Assembly: GCA_026936335.1 (NCBI GenBank)
Contig: JAPMXV010000022.1
Location: forward strand, 1 to 64,000
Reading direction: 5' to 3'
Length of the DNA: 64,000 nucleotides
Source of the DNA: Mantamonas sphyraenae STR306
Taxonomy: Eukaryota > Protista > CRuMs
The position numbers and the translations under genes were made by a program. Below, one piece after another: positions 44,188-55,667 of the stretch (positions are counted from its first letter, which is position 1; every line of letters starts with the position of its first letter). The notes beneath the pieces were generated by a model. It had not been told where the DNA came from and did not search any database. It saw only the letters and a list, made by a program, of their open reading frames with translations.

Positions 44188-45048
44188 ATGGTCAACCTCC
44201 GCAAACAGAAGCGTCTTGCAGCTGCCGTGCTCAAGTGCGGTCAGAAGAAGATCTGGCTCGACCCGAACGAGATCGACGAGATTGCTCTGACCAACTCGCG
44301 TACGTTTTTGTGGAGAGGCCTTTTGGGATTGTGCATGATTTTCACGCGAGGGCGAGTTTCTGACGCAGTTTTGCACACCGTACACACGTGATCATGTGAC
44401 GTAACGAACACACAGGCCAGGGCATCCGCAAGCTGTACAAGGCTGGCTACATCATCCGCCGCCTGAACGCTATGCACTCGCGTTCTCGCGTGCGTGCGCA
44501 CGCCGCAGCCAAGGCCAAGGGCCGCCACACCGGCCTGGGTCGCCGTCGTGGTACGCGCGACGCGCGCCTGCCGCAGAAGGTGCAGTGGATGCGCCGCATG
44601 CGTGTGCTGCGCCGTCTGCTGAAGAAGTACCGTGAGGCTGGCAAGATCGACAAGCACCTGTAGGTTGAGGAGGGAGGGGCGGTGAGGGCGGGAATGATTT
44701 TTGCATGCGCGTGGGGAGCGGGTTTGAGTGGGGTTGGAGAGGGAAACAGGGTGGTTTGGAGGCAGAGGACTGACGTTGGATGTGTGTTCGTGTGTGATGC
44801 GTCGTGTTGTGTGGATGCACAGGTACCGTGAGACATATGTGAAGAGCAAGGGTAACGTGTTCAAGAACAAGCGTGTGCTGATGGAGCACATCCACAAGTC
44901 CAAGGCGGATAAGGCTCGTGAGGAGGCTCTGGCCGCTCAGGCAGAGGCCCGCCGTCAGCGCAAGCGTGCTGCACGCGACCGCCGTGCCCAGCGCGTGGCT
45001 GAGCGCAAGGCTGTGCTCTCTGGCGCCGCCCCGAAGAAGCAGGAGTAA
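44188..45048 (+). CDS. RPL19: 60S ribosomal protein eL19, copy 2; 2 introns
   Basis: Exon translations identical to copy 1. Confidence 0.97.
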
Positions 45049-45358
45049 ATGCTGAAGCTCTTTTCAGGACACAGACACATGGAGGCGGGAGGGGAACAGG
45101 AGGAGCACACGGAGGAGCACACGCAAGAGTGATCTCTCTGTGTGTGTGTCTTGGTGTGTTGTTGTGGAAGGTGGGATGGGCCCGGTTGTTGCGGTCAAGT
45201 GGGGTGTTGCTGGACAGAGGCAAGCACAAAGGCCACGTTCCCATTGCATGTGGCGCTCTTTGTTCGTTGTTCCAGGCCCAAAATGGCTGCTTGGTTTCTT
45301 CATTGTGTTGCGTGCGTCACTCTTCCATTCACAGCTCCTCAATTCTTGCGCTCGGGGC

Positions 45359-47029
45359 TCAGGTGTTGCGGAAAAACCCGCATCCGGACAACCCAACGCC
45401 ATCCATAACCCAGACAGCACCAAAGGGAGGTGCAAGGAGGGCCGCGGTGGCAATGAGAAGCAGCATAAAGGTGAGCATGGTGCGCATGGAGCCGTTCAAG
45501 GGCGCGGGTCGTTTGCAGATGCGAACCAGACGGTACCGATCGAGGTAGAACTCGAGGGTGTTTGTGATCATGGCCATAAGAGTGAGCCAGGGGAATACGA
45601 GCATGCCCAGGTAGATGACAAACTGGCGGTAGAGCAGCTCGATGTACTCCTCTGCCACGTCAAACTCGGGCCGTGCTGCCTCGTTGGACGTCTCGGAGCG
45701 TTCTCCCTTGCCCTTGGACAGTCTCTGCTTGATAGCAGGCAGGGCAATCTCCTGCAAGGCACTGACGGTCATTTCAATGAGCAGGAGGAAGAAGAACTGC
45801 TGGCCGATTGCGTCGAGCGGACATGCGCTGTTGATGTTGCTGAGACCGACGGTGGCAAAGAGCACCACTGTGTTGGAGAGCTTAAACAGGAAGAGCTTGA
45901 GCGTGTTGTGCTTCCTGTACGACGACCACGTGCGGTGCTTCTCCCACTTTGTCAACGAGGCGACGCTTTTGGTCCATGCAAAGTTGACCACCTTGATGAA
46001 GCCCGAGAGGATGATGGCCTCGCCACTGCTACCCAGGGCCGTCTTGTCGATCTGCTGAAAGCCCCATGTTGACAGGCCCGAGAGGGCAAGGATAACCAGA
46101 AAGAGGACGGAGCCCAGGGTCATGCGTGTGTTGGTCGTGTTGGGCGACACGTGCCTGTTCTCGTAAATGCGGTCTTTGTCTGCGTCCAGGTACCTGTCTT
46201 CGTGGTCCTCACGCTGTTGCTGCTGGAAGAAGTTGAAGATGTGCCGCGCATAGGCCGGCGCCACGGCAAACCAGATCACCACGGAGATGATGGAAGTGGC
46301 AAGCCAGGTGTCGTACACACTGGCCGAGAAGGAGCTGATGAAGAGGTAAGAGAGGAAGACGTCGGAGTTGGCGTTGACGAGCGGGTCGACGGCAAAGTGG
46401 TGAATCACAGCCACGCTGCTGACCACAAACTGCACAGCGCCCACCACGCGAATGAACTGAATAAAGTCAAAGTAGAGCTGGATGCCCACACCGTACTCGT
46501 CGCCCAGTTCCTCCACGCTCAGGTCTGCACGTACGTGGTTGACTGCGTGTTCGTTGGCCGCCTCCTCGTCGTACTGGTCGTCCGCGTTCGTCCCTGCTGC
46601 GCCGCCGTCTGCCTTGACCAGGAAAGGTACCCCTTTGTTTGTATAGCGCACCTCCATCCCGGGCGGCACGTGCGCGTTCTGTGCGTGTTCACTGGCGGCA
46701 AAGAAGTTCAGGGAACTGCCAAGTTTGAACAGCTGCGTTGCCAGCTCGCCCGAATCGGTCGCTCCCTGCTCTCCACCATTCTGTGTGCGTGGTTGTGCCT
46801 GTGCTCCACTGTTGCCTGTGGACTGTTCCATCTGCTGCTGTTGCGGCTGGCCCTGCTGCTGTCCGCCGGAAGGCTGCTCGTTGGCCTTTGCAAACTGCTC
46901 CTGCACCACCTCCGGCGTGGGATACGTCCATGTGCTGAATCGTGTGGCAGGAAACAGGTAGAACTGCTTTCCGGTCCTGGGATCACTGCGCATCACCCAC
47001 CCGGGTGGCAGTGCCTGATATCCGCTCAT
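45359..47029 (-). CDS. WW-domain-containing TMC-like (TMC/TMEM16/OSCA superfamily) membrane protein
   Basis: N-terminal WW (LPPGWVMRSDPRTGKQFYL...STWTYP). TMC-like motifs YGVGIQLYFDF, LTKWEKH, EFDVAEEYIELLYRQ..YLG...FPWL. Multiple TM helices. Confidence 0.8.
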   Translation of the reverse strand: MSGYQALPPGWVMRSDPRTGKQFYLFPATRFSTWTYPTPEVVQEQFAKANEQPSGGQQQGQPQQQQMEQSTGNSGAQAQPRTQNGGEQGATDSGELATQLFKLGSSLNFFAASEHAQNAHVPPGMEVRYTNKGVPFLVKADGGAAGTNADDQYDEEAANEHAVNHVRADLSVEELGDEYGVGIQLYFDFIQFIRVVGAVQFVVSSVAVIHHFAVDPLVNANSDVFLSYLFISSFSASVYDTWLATSIISVVIWFAVAPAYARHIFNFFQQQQREDHEDRYLDADKDRIYENRHVSPNTTNTRMTLGSVLFLVILALSGLSTWGFQQIDKTALGSSGEAIILSGFIKVVNFAWTKSVASLTKWEKHRTWSSYRKHNTLKLFLFKLSNTVVLFATVGLSNINSACPLDAIGQQFFFLLLIEMTVSALQEIALPAIKQRLSKGKGERSETSNEAARPEFDVAEEYIELLYRQFVIYLGMLVFPWLTLMAMITNTLEFYLDRYRLVRICKRPAPLNGSMRTMLTFMLLLIATAALLAPPFGAVWVMDGVGLSGCGFFRNT

Positions 47030-47155
47030 TTCTGTGTTGGTTCAACCGTCGCATGTCCTTGGACCAGTGTTCCCCAATGGTTTTCTGCATTTCGTTCCCT
47101 CATCCCTCATCCCTCTTTTCTCTCTTGCATCCGTGTTGTGGTCTCCTCCCACCCC

Positions 47156-48806
47156 TCACAGCTCCACCTGGACACCGCCGCCCTTGTTGATCTCCATGTT
47201 CCAGGCGTTGGTCATCATCAGCAGAAAGTATTCGTCGCTGTCGATGCTGGCACTGACATCCGCGTAGTACTCTTCAAACTCCTCCAGGGTGACGGTGCCG
47301 TCGCCCTTGACTCCGCCGCCCTTGGCGTCAAAGACGTTGAGAAATTCGGCCAGCACTTCGTCCTCCGTGCGGTAGCCACTCATCACATCCGGGTGCATCT
47401 TGGCGTTGTAGTTGGCCTGGATGTCGTCCAGCTGGATGACGCCGTTGCCATTTGCGTCCAGGACATTGAAGGCCTTGTGGACGAGCTCCTTGCGAAAGTC
47501 GTTCAGCTGGCCACGCAGGGTTGTCAGGAACTCTTCATAGTCCAGCGATCCGTCATTGTTCTCATCAAAGGCATTGAAGAGCACATCCGTCTCGTCGGCG
47601 GTGAGGTGCAGGCCAAAGTCGTGCATGGCCTTGGAAAACTCGTGGCGTTCCAGGGTCTGGCTGTAGTTGTCGTCGATGATGCGGAAGCAGCGGCCCAGCT
47701 CACGGATACCCGTGGTGCCACGCGACTTGAGTTGTGCGCGCAGACGCTCCTTGAGGGCCTCCAGGGCGTGCGGCTCAAAGGCGTTGATTTCCTCTTCCAC
47801 CTCGTCGACCACCACCGATTCCGGGTCGTCGGAGCCCACAAAGAAGAACTGGTTCTCCTCACGTTCTGCCTTGTGATGGTCCAGCTCCGTCTTTGCGCTG
47901 AGCTCCCACTCCAGGCCAAAGTCGTTGCGCACGGGAGTCTTCCACGAGCCCAGCAGCTGGTTTGTGTTGCAGTGTCGCAGCACCACAGGGTCGCCCAGCT
48001 TCACTGCCTCTCCATACACCGCCTCACGAAGCTGCGGGTCGGCCGCTTCCACCTGCCACACTGTGTTCCAGTTGGCCTCGCGCTGGTAGTGCACCTCCTG
48101 GTGGCCTGCAAATTTGCACAGCGCTCCCAGCGTCACAACCTGCGAGTGAAGGTACAGCTGTCGCTTGCTGTACGGCCACACATGGCAAAAGAACAAGTCC
48201 ATGGTAGCATGTGTCCCCACGTGTGCGTGTGTGTGCGTGTGTTCCGTGTGTGTGTGTCAATTAGGGGTCAACGGGCGATGTGTGTTAGTTGTTCGTCCTC
48301 AACGGAAATAGCCGTTGGCCCAGACTGCTTTCTCACTCGGGCAGCACGCGGGTTTGTTCGTGCGCTCCAACTCACCCGTTCATAAGGGCAGGCACAGTGG
48401 CCACACGCAGCTTCTGGCCATAGTGCAGCTGGCCGTCGCCATAGTAATCCTGCTCCTCGTCTTCGGGCAATTGGGTCACGCGGATGGCCGAGCGCGCCGT
48501 GGGCTTGTCGCTCACTGCGCTGGTGGTGGCATCGGTGTCATTGGGATTGCGCGAGTCAAAGTCGGCAGCCACGGCTGCGCCGGTGTTGACGCTGAACAGC
48601 TGGTAGGTGCCGCCAAACTCGACGGTGCCAGATTCCGAGTACGTCAGTGCCTGGGCACGCATGTTCTTGCCCATCTTCGCCTTGATGGACGTGATGGCCA
48701 GTTGTCCTCGGTCCTTTTTGTCCAGAAACTCGCGCAGCGAAGCCTGCTGCAGCTCGATGTCCTCGCTCCAGTTGCCCACGAGAGTCGCCGTCTTTCGCGC
48801 TGCCAT
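47156..48806 (-). CDS. CFAP161-like domain fused to a calcyphosin-like EF-hand domain; 1 intron
   Basis: CFAP161-like: LVGNWSED...EFLDKKDRGQL, LHYGQK, DPQLR, LRHCNTN, FGLEWE. Calcyphosin-like: YNAKMHPDV, DGTVTLEEFEEYYADVSASIDSDEYF..MMTNAW. Phase-2 intron at ~48169-48375. Confidence 0.85.
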
Positions 48807-48988
48807 CGTTGTTTTCGAATTGCTTGCCTCTCTCTGCGCCCCGTGGGCTGCCTACTCTCCAATGCAGCAGCGCTCGACTGTGCAATGAGTCCTAATCACC
48901 ACGAGAGTACGGGTGCCATCAATCAACGTGCATCACGGATGCGCAAGCGCGGCCAGCCAACACGACCCTCCACCGAATCTCCAGGCCC

Positions 48989-50949
48989 ATGACGCAACAA
49001 GAACCTACACAACAGGTGGATGGCAGCCATGAGATGGATCGCGATGCTTGGGGCATGGTATGTGCTGTCGCAGGCTGTCTGCATGCCATGTGGCGACACC
49101 ACTTTTGACAGCACTGATCACTCACCTTCCGCACCTTGTCCACGGCCCCTGTGGCTGGACTCACGCCTCACAGCTCGTGTCCATGAACCAAGAAAAGATT
49201 CCCAACATCGAGCTGTTTTACGACACCCTCATGATGGGCCGCAAACACAACTGCGACGTGCGCTTCAACGACCCGAAAGTCAGGTGTGTTGCCCGCGCTC
49301 TTTCGGCCCCTCGCCCTTCCCACGCTTGCATACACTCGCACACCAAGGCAGCTCATTGGGCAGCAGAGGAACAACACTGACATGGTAACGCTGCACGACG
49401 GCGGTGGGCATGTTCCCTCGATGCACACACCCACAGTTCGAAGCACTGCCGCATTGTTCGCACGACAACGGAAGTGGGCACCACACCGGTGTTTATCGAA
49501 GACTACAGCAGCAACGGCACCTTCCTCAACGGCACACGCATCGGCAAGGGCGAACGCAGGCTGCTGCGGCACGGCGACCAGATCTCACTCGTGCACGCGC
49601 GGCCCGCAATGAAAAGCGAGACGGTGTTCATCGGGTTTGTTTTCCACGAGGCCGAATACGACGGCAACGCGCAGGGCAGCGTCTACATCGAACCCATCAC
49701 GAAGGAGTACGAAGTAGGCAAGGTGTTGGGCACAGGGAACTTTGCAGAGGTGCGCGTAGCCGTGCACAAGCAGACGGGGAAGCACGTTGCCATCAAGATC
49801 ATCGACAAAAGCAAGTTTGCCATGAAGCCCAAGGTGATGGCCAACATCATGGCCGAGGTGGAAATCCTCAAGAACCTGGACCATGAGGGCGTCATTTCGT
49901 ACATCGACTTTTACGACGAGGACAAGTACATGCTCTATCTCGTCATTGAGTATGTCGGCGGCGGCGATCTGTTTTCCCGCCTCGAGCGCAAGCAGCGCTA
50001 CACCGAGAAGGAGGCACGCGAGCTGTTTCTCAACCTGCTCGAAGCCTTGTTCTATCTTCACAGCAACGGCGTAGCCCACCGTGATCTGAAGCCCGAAAAC
50101 ATCCTGATGGTGTCTGAGCACGACGACACGCGCATCAAACTGACCGACTTTGGCCTTGCCAAGGTGTTGGGTTCAGACACAGTCATGACCACAGTGTGTG
50201 GCACGCCGCAGTATGTGGCCCCAGAAGTGTTGCGCAACATGAGCGCAAGCAAACACCACAGCTACGGCGTCAAGTGCGACCTGTGGAGCTGCGGCGTCAT
50301 TTTGTACGTGCTTCTGTCGGGCATCCCTCCCTTTTATGACGGTAGCGGGCGTAAAATGCTCGACTGCATCAAGCGCGGCGACTACGACTTTCCTCGCGAC
50401 TACTTTGGCGACGTGAGCGACGACGCAAAGGACATCATCTCCTGCCTGCTCACAGTCGACCCACGCAAGCGCATCTCCATCGAGGAAGCGTACAGCCACC
50501 CGTGGCTGCAGACCGTGGCCAAGCCATCGGTCAAGAGTGCCATGAGCCTGGCCATGAGCCATCTGGACATGCAATTCCCCGAAGAAGAGGAGGAGGAGCA
50601 CGCGCACAGTGACGAGGAAGAGGACGACGCAGAGGTGGTCCAACACGACGCCGACGAGGAAGTGCGCGAGCCTCTGGTCGCGCGCACTCTAAAAAAGCTC
50701 ATTGGCCGTTTCAAGAAGGGCTCCAACGAGTCTGCAGCCTCGTCAGACAACGGCACGAGCAGTGGCGAGGGCCGTCGTCATCGCGGTGAGGATGCTGAGG
50801 ATGAGGAGGACGAGGAGGACGAGGGTGATGAACCTCAGCCGTCGCAGGAGCAGCCGCAGGATAGTACCCCGGATCGTAAGCGCAAGCAGCCATCGTTTAT
50901 GGATTTGGAGGAGCACGAACACGAGGATGCCAAGCGTGCTCGCCGGTAA
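48989..50949 (+). CDS. CHEK2: Chk2/Rad53-like FHA-domain Ser/Thr kinase; 2 introns
   Basis: N-terminal TQ motifs (MTQQEPTQQ); FHA (WGML, GR, SSKHC, DYSSNGTFLNG); CAMK kinase (HRDLKPEN, DFG, TVCGTPQYVAPE). Confidence 0.85.
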
Positions 50950-51115
50950 CCACACTCTGTGGGAATTTCATCTTTGGCGAATCGTTTCGCGTTTGGTGGG
51001 TTGGAGGGGGGCAATGAAGAAATTTCTCCGACCACCACATTTACATACTGCCGTTTGTGTTCCATGCTGTGCTTGCACGAGCGACTGTACAATAGTGCAG
51101 AGAGCCCTGCGGGGA

Positions 51116-53720
51116 TCACCACCACGAGCTCTCGGTCTCCTCCTTTGCTTTGCGCTCGGCCTCGAGACGGGCCTGTTCTTCGCGTTGCTTGCGAGCAGCC
51201 TCTTTCTGGCGGGCAGCCTCTTCGTTCATGCGCTCGACAAGCTGCTTGGCAACCTCGAGCTTGTGGTTGCCGTAAACCTCCCAGACGAGGGATCGCCAGC
51301 GATCGACGGCAGAAACGTGTTTCCAGACGCGTTGGATGACAGTAGCCGCGTAGTTGCGTCGTTCTTCCAAGCGTGTCTCGTCCTGGAAGAGAGCCTCGCG
51401 TTCGGCACGTTCGCGTTCACGGCGCGCCTCCTCGCGCATGCGTCGCACCATGTGTGTGAAGCGGGAGCGCATCTGCCAGAGACGGAAGCTTCGCTGGACG
51501 GCACAGGCGGCTTGGACGAGCATGGCGTGGTCGCGTTCGCGCTTCTCGAGGTTGCCTCGCTCGCCCCAGTAGGCGCAGTGGTTGGGTACGGCAGGGATGC
51601 AGGTGGTGTGTGACAAAAAGCCACACTCGGGACACAGCTCCGAGTCAGCTCGCATGGAGCTGAACACGCCGTCGCACAGGTCGCAAAAGGCGCCGTCGAG
51701 ATCGCCGTCGACGAGTTCGAATGTATGCACGCTCGATTCGCCCACGACATGCTTCTTGAGACACAGCACAATAGTGGCGTTGCTGAGCAAGCCCAGGTTG
51801 TTCATGAAGGAAAACATGTCCAACCACTTGCCCTCGAGCGTGGCGAGATCCTCGACGGTGATCTTGCTTACCGTCTGCCGCGAACCCTGGCTGTTGAGTT
51901 CGTTGACCAAGTACATGCCACAGAACTTGCTTAACCTACGCATGCGCACCTCCTCGTCCAGTGTGAGATCCCAGGCGGCGTCGGGCACGTCTGGGTACTC
52001 CTTCTGCACCACCTGACCCACGTTGAACATGTCCATAAAGGTACCAAACACATGCATGACGCGCGTGTCGCTGGGTTGTTTGGACAGGTCCAGATGGCGC
52101 ACCTCGTTGAGCCCCGGAAGGACCATGGCGATACGGAGGACAATTTTGCTCCCCACGCCAGCCTGGCCAACGATCGCGGACGCCGTCAGTGACACGCGTT
52201 TGCTCATGCGGCTCTTGAGATGTTCCTTGGAAACGCTTGAGGATGTGCCCTTGTTGGTGTACTCGATGGGGGTGGCGTCGTCAAACAGCTGCGAGGCATC
52301 GACGTCAATCACCGCCTGCTTCTTCATGTCGAACTGGAACACGCGTGCCAACACATCGATTGCATGCTGGATGAATGCATTGCCGCATTGCTGGTGGATG
52401 CGCGCAAGGTGCTCCGCAGACACTGCCGGGTCGTCCGTGAGGGTTTTCGCACGGTGCAGGGCACTCGCGCGCCGGTTGCGGTTGACAAGATACGCACGGA
52501 GGAGCAGAAGTGGCACGTTGGCATCCTTTGGATCGTTCCACAGCGCGTTGATCAGCTCAAAGCCCGCGGGACTCTTGATTTTCGACGCAGCAGCCGGGAA
52601 CTTTGCGAGATTGAACAACGTGCGACCCACATACAGGCGTCCATAGCCGTCGCACAAGTACTCACCCTGGGCAATGATGTTCTTCACCAGACCCTTGCGC
52701 AGCACGAGGTTGAACACAGTCTGGTTGTCGGTGCATGTCAGGTTGCACAACGTTCCCATCAAGTACAGTCGCTTGTCGTCGTGGATGGTCTTGAGATCCA
52801 AGCACATCTTTTCCACCAGATCTGCGTGTGCATCAACGAGCTCCAGGCGCAATTCCTCTGCAGGTGGATGGGTGTGTGAGCCAGGGGAACGGAGGGGAGA
52901 GGGGGGGGGGAGGTTGTGATTGGCTACCTTTCTGCATGCACAGCATGAGACCCTTGAGAGTGATGACCTGAAGTTCTGCAGACTGGGCAGTTGTGCGTTC
53001 AAACATGGTGTAGTAGGCTGTGAGCATGCGAAAGACGTCGTTGCGTTCGGATTCTGCTTCGCGGCCCCGGTCTGCAGTGTGCGTAGGGAGGAGGCCGCGG
53101 CGAATAGAGGTCGCAAGGAGAAGGAACAGGCAGGAATAGGGTGGTACGACCGCGTGAGCAGAGGTGAAGATGGGAGGGTTGGAAGTTGGGAAGGGGGGAG
53201 ACGCCGCAGCAGGGAAATGAAAGGTTCGGGAGGCGGGTGAGCAGCGTAGGAGGGACAGAGGAGCAAAGCAGGCTGGGAAGGATACATGCGGGTACGCTTG
53301 CGCTGGGATGTGTGTTTACACGAGCAACGAACCTTTGAAGGAGCGCATGAGGGTGTACACTGCGAAGCAGAGGGCGCAGTAGCGTGCGTCCTTGACTTTG
53401 TTGCTGCTGCACGCTGAGCAGAAAAGCCAGCCACAGTGGCGACAGTGGTGGCGTCTGCGTTTCAGGGTGAAGGGTTTGCCACACAAGGAGCAGGAGGAGG
53501 AGGAGTCGTCGCCTTGCCACTCGCTCTCTGGAATTAACACGCGGAAGAGCGGGTCTTTGCGCTTGCCCGGGAGGTTGGGCAAGTCATAGTGCATGTGGCG
53601 TTCACCTGGAATGTCGTTCTTGTCCAGGGCGTATACCAGGGCATCCTCCAGGGTGTCGTATGGCTTGCGTTTGCCTGATTTTGGTTTGGCTTTTGCCTTG
53701 CCCTTGCCGGTCGTCGACAT
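51116..53720 (-). CDS. FYVE, helical region, C1 and IQ-motif multidomain protein; several introns
   Basis: FYVE (WQGD, RRRHHCRHCG, CSAC, CALC); C1 (HTF...FCDLC...CPECGFLSHTTC...C); IQ motifs AACAVQRSFR and AATVIQRVWK. Start MSTTGK at 53720. Confidence 0.82.
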
Positions 53721-53881
53721 CGGTTTGGTGGATGTCGGGCGTGCAATCAGAGAGGAGAAATGTGCAATATGGGGGGCGTGGGGGAAAGGGTGGATTTGGA
53801 ACAGAGTGCGAGGAGTGGAGCTCGGCCTGCAACTCCAGCCGGCAACTCCAGCCGAAACCCTTTGTTTGTTCAGCTTGGATT

Positions 53882-55519
53882 TCAATCCACGATCTTTCCG
53901 CCAGTGGTCAACACAAGGAACATGACATACATGAGCGACACAATGATCCATCCCAGGTTCTTGTGCAGATGCTCCGCCTGCACCTGCTGACACTGCTCCA
54001 CAAGCGGCATGCTTCGGTTGGCCCGCTCGTAGTCTGTCCACATCTCCAATGGTGACCCAGGCTCCAGTTTCCCATACCGGGCTTCGTATTGCCTCACTTT
54101 TGCCTCGTACGCGCGCATGGACTTGAACGTGATCCGTTCCACAACCACATTCGTTCCCACCTTGATGACCAGCAAGACCGCAAACTGCAGCACAAGCAGC
54201 CAGATCTCCCTCTCCTGCACCAAGTGACAGGAGAACAGACACACCCCAGGCAGATAAAAGTTGGACAGCAACATCACCGGAACAAGAACATCGGCCAAGT
54301 GTTCGCTCAGCATGTCCTGTGTGGCATACAGCCAGTACTTGCGAAGGAACAGACACTCCCTGTGGAGGGTATACTCGTCTCTGGCCTGTTCGGTTTCCAG
54401 CTCTGTCAGCCACTTGTCGGCTGAGCTGCCGAAGCAGCGTGTCCACAGGGCGTTCCACCAGCGCTCTCCTGTGCCTGTGTCCCGAATCACCAGTCGAATG
54501 GTCAGGGCCACCATCATGAGAATGGACACCACGTCGAACGACGCCACGCTCAGGAACAGGAACGAGCCGAAAAGATCGTCGGCAGCCTGGTACGGGAACA
54601 GCAGATTCACAGACCGCCACTGGTCCATGGCCACATTCGACAACTTCCACATGATGAGAATCAGAAGCAGCATGATGCACAAGTACGCTACGTAGACGCC
54701 GAGAACGGCCGTATCCGGAACGCTCTTTGCGATTTCCGTGATGCTCAACGGCACCACACTTGCGCCTGTAATTGCACCCACAGCCACTAAAGCATACCCG
54801 CGACCGTACCGCACGCGTTTCTTGCCCCTGTTCTCGTAGAAGCCCACTGCGGGCCAAATGAGCACCAGAACCAGCGTAATCGCCGCCCCTGTGCCCACAT
54901 CCACCCACCCCAGCGCTGGAAACACGCTCGTGAACGACTCCATGAACAAACTCACAAATGCGGCAATGGCATACAGTTTGCTGTGCACGTATCGGCGCTG
55001 GTTGGGCGGTCGCTCGTCGTACAGCTTCTGCTGCACGTCGTCCTGGCCCTTGGACACCACATAGGTGCCATAGTCTTCTGGCGTCAGAAACGGCTTGATA
55101 GGGAGGCCCACTTTCATCCGAAACCACAGTTCGAAAATGCCCTGGATGAGTACTGCGCCCGCCATCCAGTTTGCAGCTGCCGCACCCGCCCTCTGTGTCG
55201 GCGACAGCTTCAGCGCGGTCCGCCCGTCCACTTCCACGCGCTCCAGGTCTGTGGAAAGGGCAATCAATGGATACCACGCTTTCATCACCATGGACAACAA
55301 CACAATGGGAACCAGTTTCTGCCCTGGGAAAACGCCCGGATATGTGAGCGCGAGCCCTGTGCCCAGCACCATCCCCTCCAGAAGTTGATTGACCACGAGA
55401 TCCAGTGAAATCACCGACTTGAACCAGGTGATCGAGACCACCCCCCAGGCGATGCTCACAATGAAGACAAGGGCCTGCGCAAGGAACGTGCTTTGTCGCA
55501 AACGCTCCCTCCACTCCAT
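53882..55519 (-). CDS. Multi-pass membrane protein of unknown family
   Basis: Long ORF with about 12-13 hydrophobic segments. The start is uncertain. Confidence 0.75.
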   Translation of the reverse strand: MEWRERLRQSTFLAQALVFIVSIAWGVVSITWFKSVISLDLVVNQLLEGMVLGTGLALTYPGVFPGQKLVPIVLLSMVMKAWYPLIALSTDLERVEVDGRTALKLSPTQRAGAAAANWMAGAVLIQGIFELWFRMKVGLPIKPFLTPEDYGTYVVSKGQDDVQQKLYDERPPNQRRYVHSKLYAIAAFVSLFMESFTSVFPALGWVDVGTGAAITLVLVLIWPAVGFYENRGKKRVRYGRGYALVAVGAITGASVVPLSITEIAKSVPDTAVLGVYVAYLCIMLLLILIMWKLSNVAMDQWRSVNLLFPYQAADDLFGSFLFLSVASFDVVSILMMVALTIRLVIRDTGTGERWWNALWTRCFGSSADKWLTELETEQARDEYTLHRECLFLRKYWLYATQDMLSEHLADVLVPVMLLSNFYLPGVCLFSCHLVQEREIWLLVLQFAVLLVIKVGTNVVVERITFKSMRAYEAKVRQYEARYGKLEPGSPLEMWTDYERANRSMPLVEQCQQVQAEHLHKNLGWIIVSLMYVMFLVLTTGGKIVD

Positions 55520-55667
55520 TCCCGGCTTTGGCTTGGTCGGGCCGTCGTGCCGTCGTGTTGGGTCATGCAACAGTTCCTTCCTCACACTTCTTCCCCTTTG
55601 TCTCCATGGGCTGAAAGGAATGCCTGCGTTTCCACAGGCTCCGCTGCACACACATCAACGCAAAACA

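Larger units (their letters stand above)
42739..45344 (-). repeat. Right arm of the ~2.6-kb inverted repeat
   Basis: Reverse complement of 34863-37462 with scattered substitutions and small indels in non-coding parts. Confidence 0.95.

Noticed and set aside
34863-45344. Inverted repeat as terminal repeats of a transposon or Polinton
   Set aside because: The arms consist of ribosomal protein genes, there is no transposase or integrase inside, and no target-site duplication is evident.
53316-55514. 732-aa ORF ending in a FYVE domain
   Set aside because: Only 53720 downward is real (the FYVE exon). The upstream part is an alternative frame of the membrane-protein gene.
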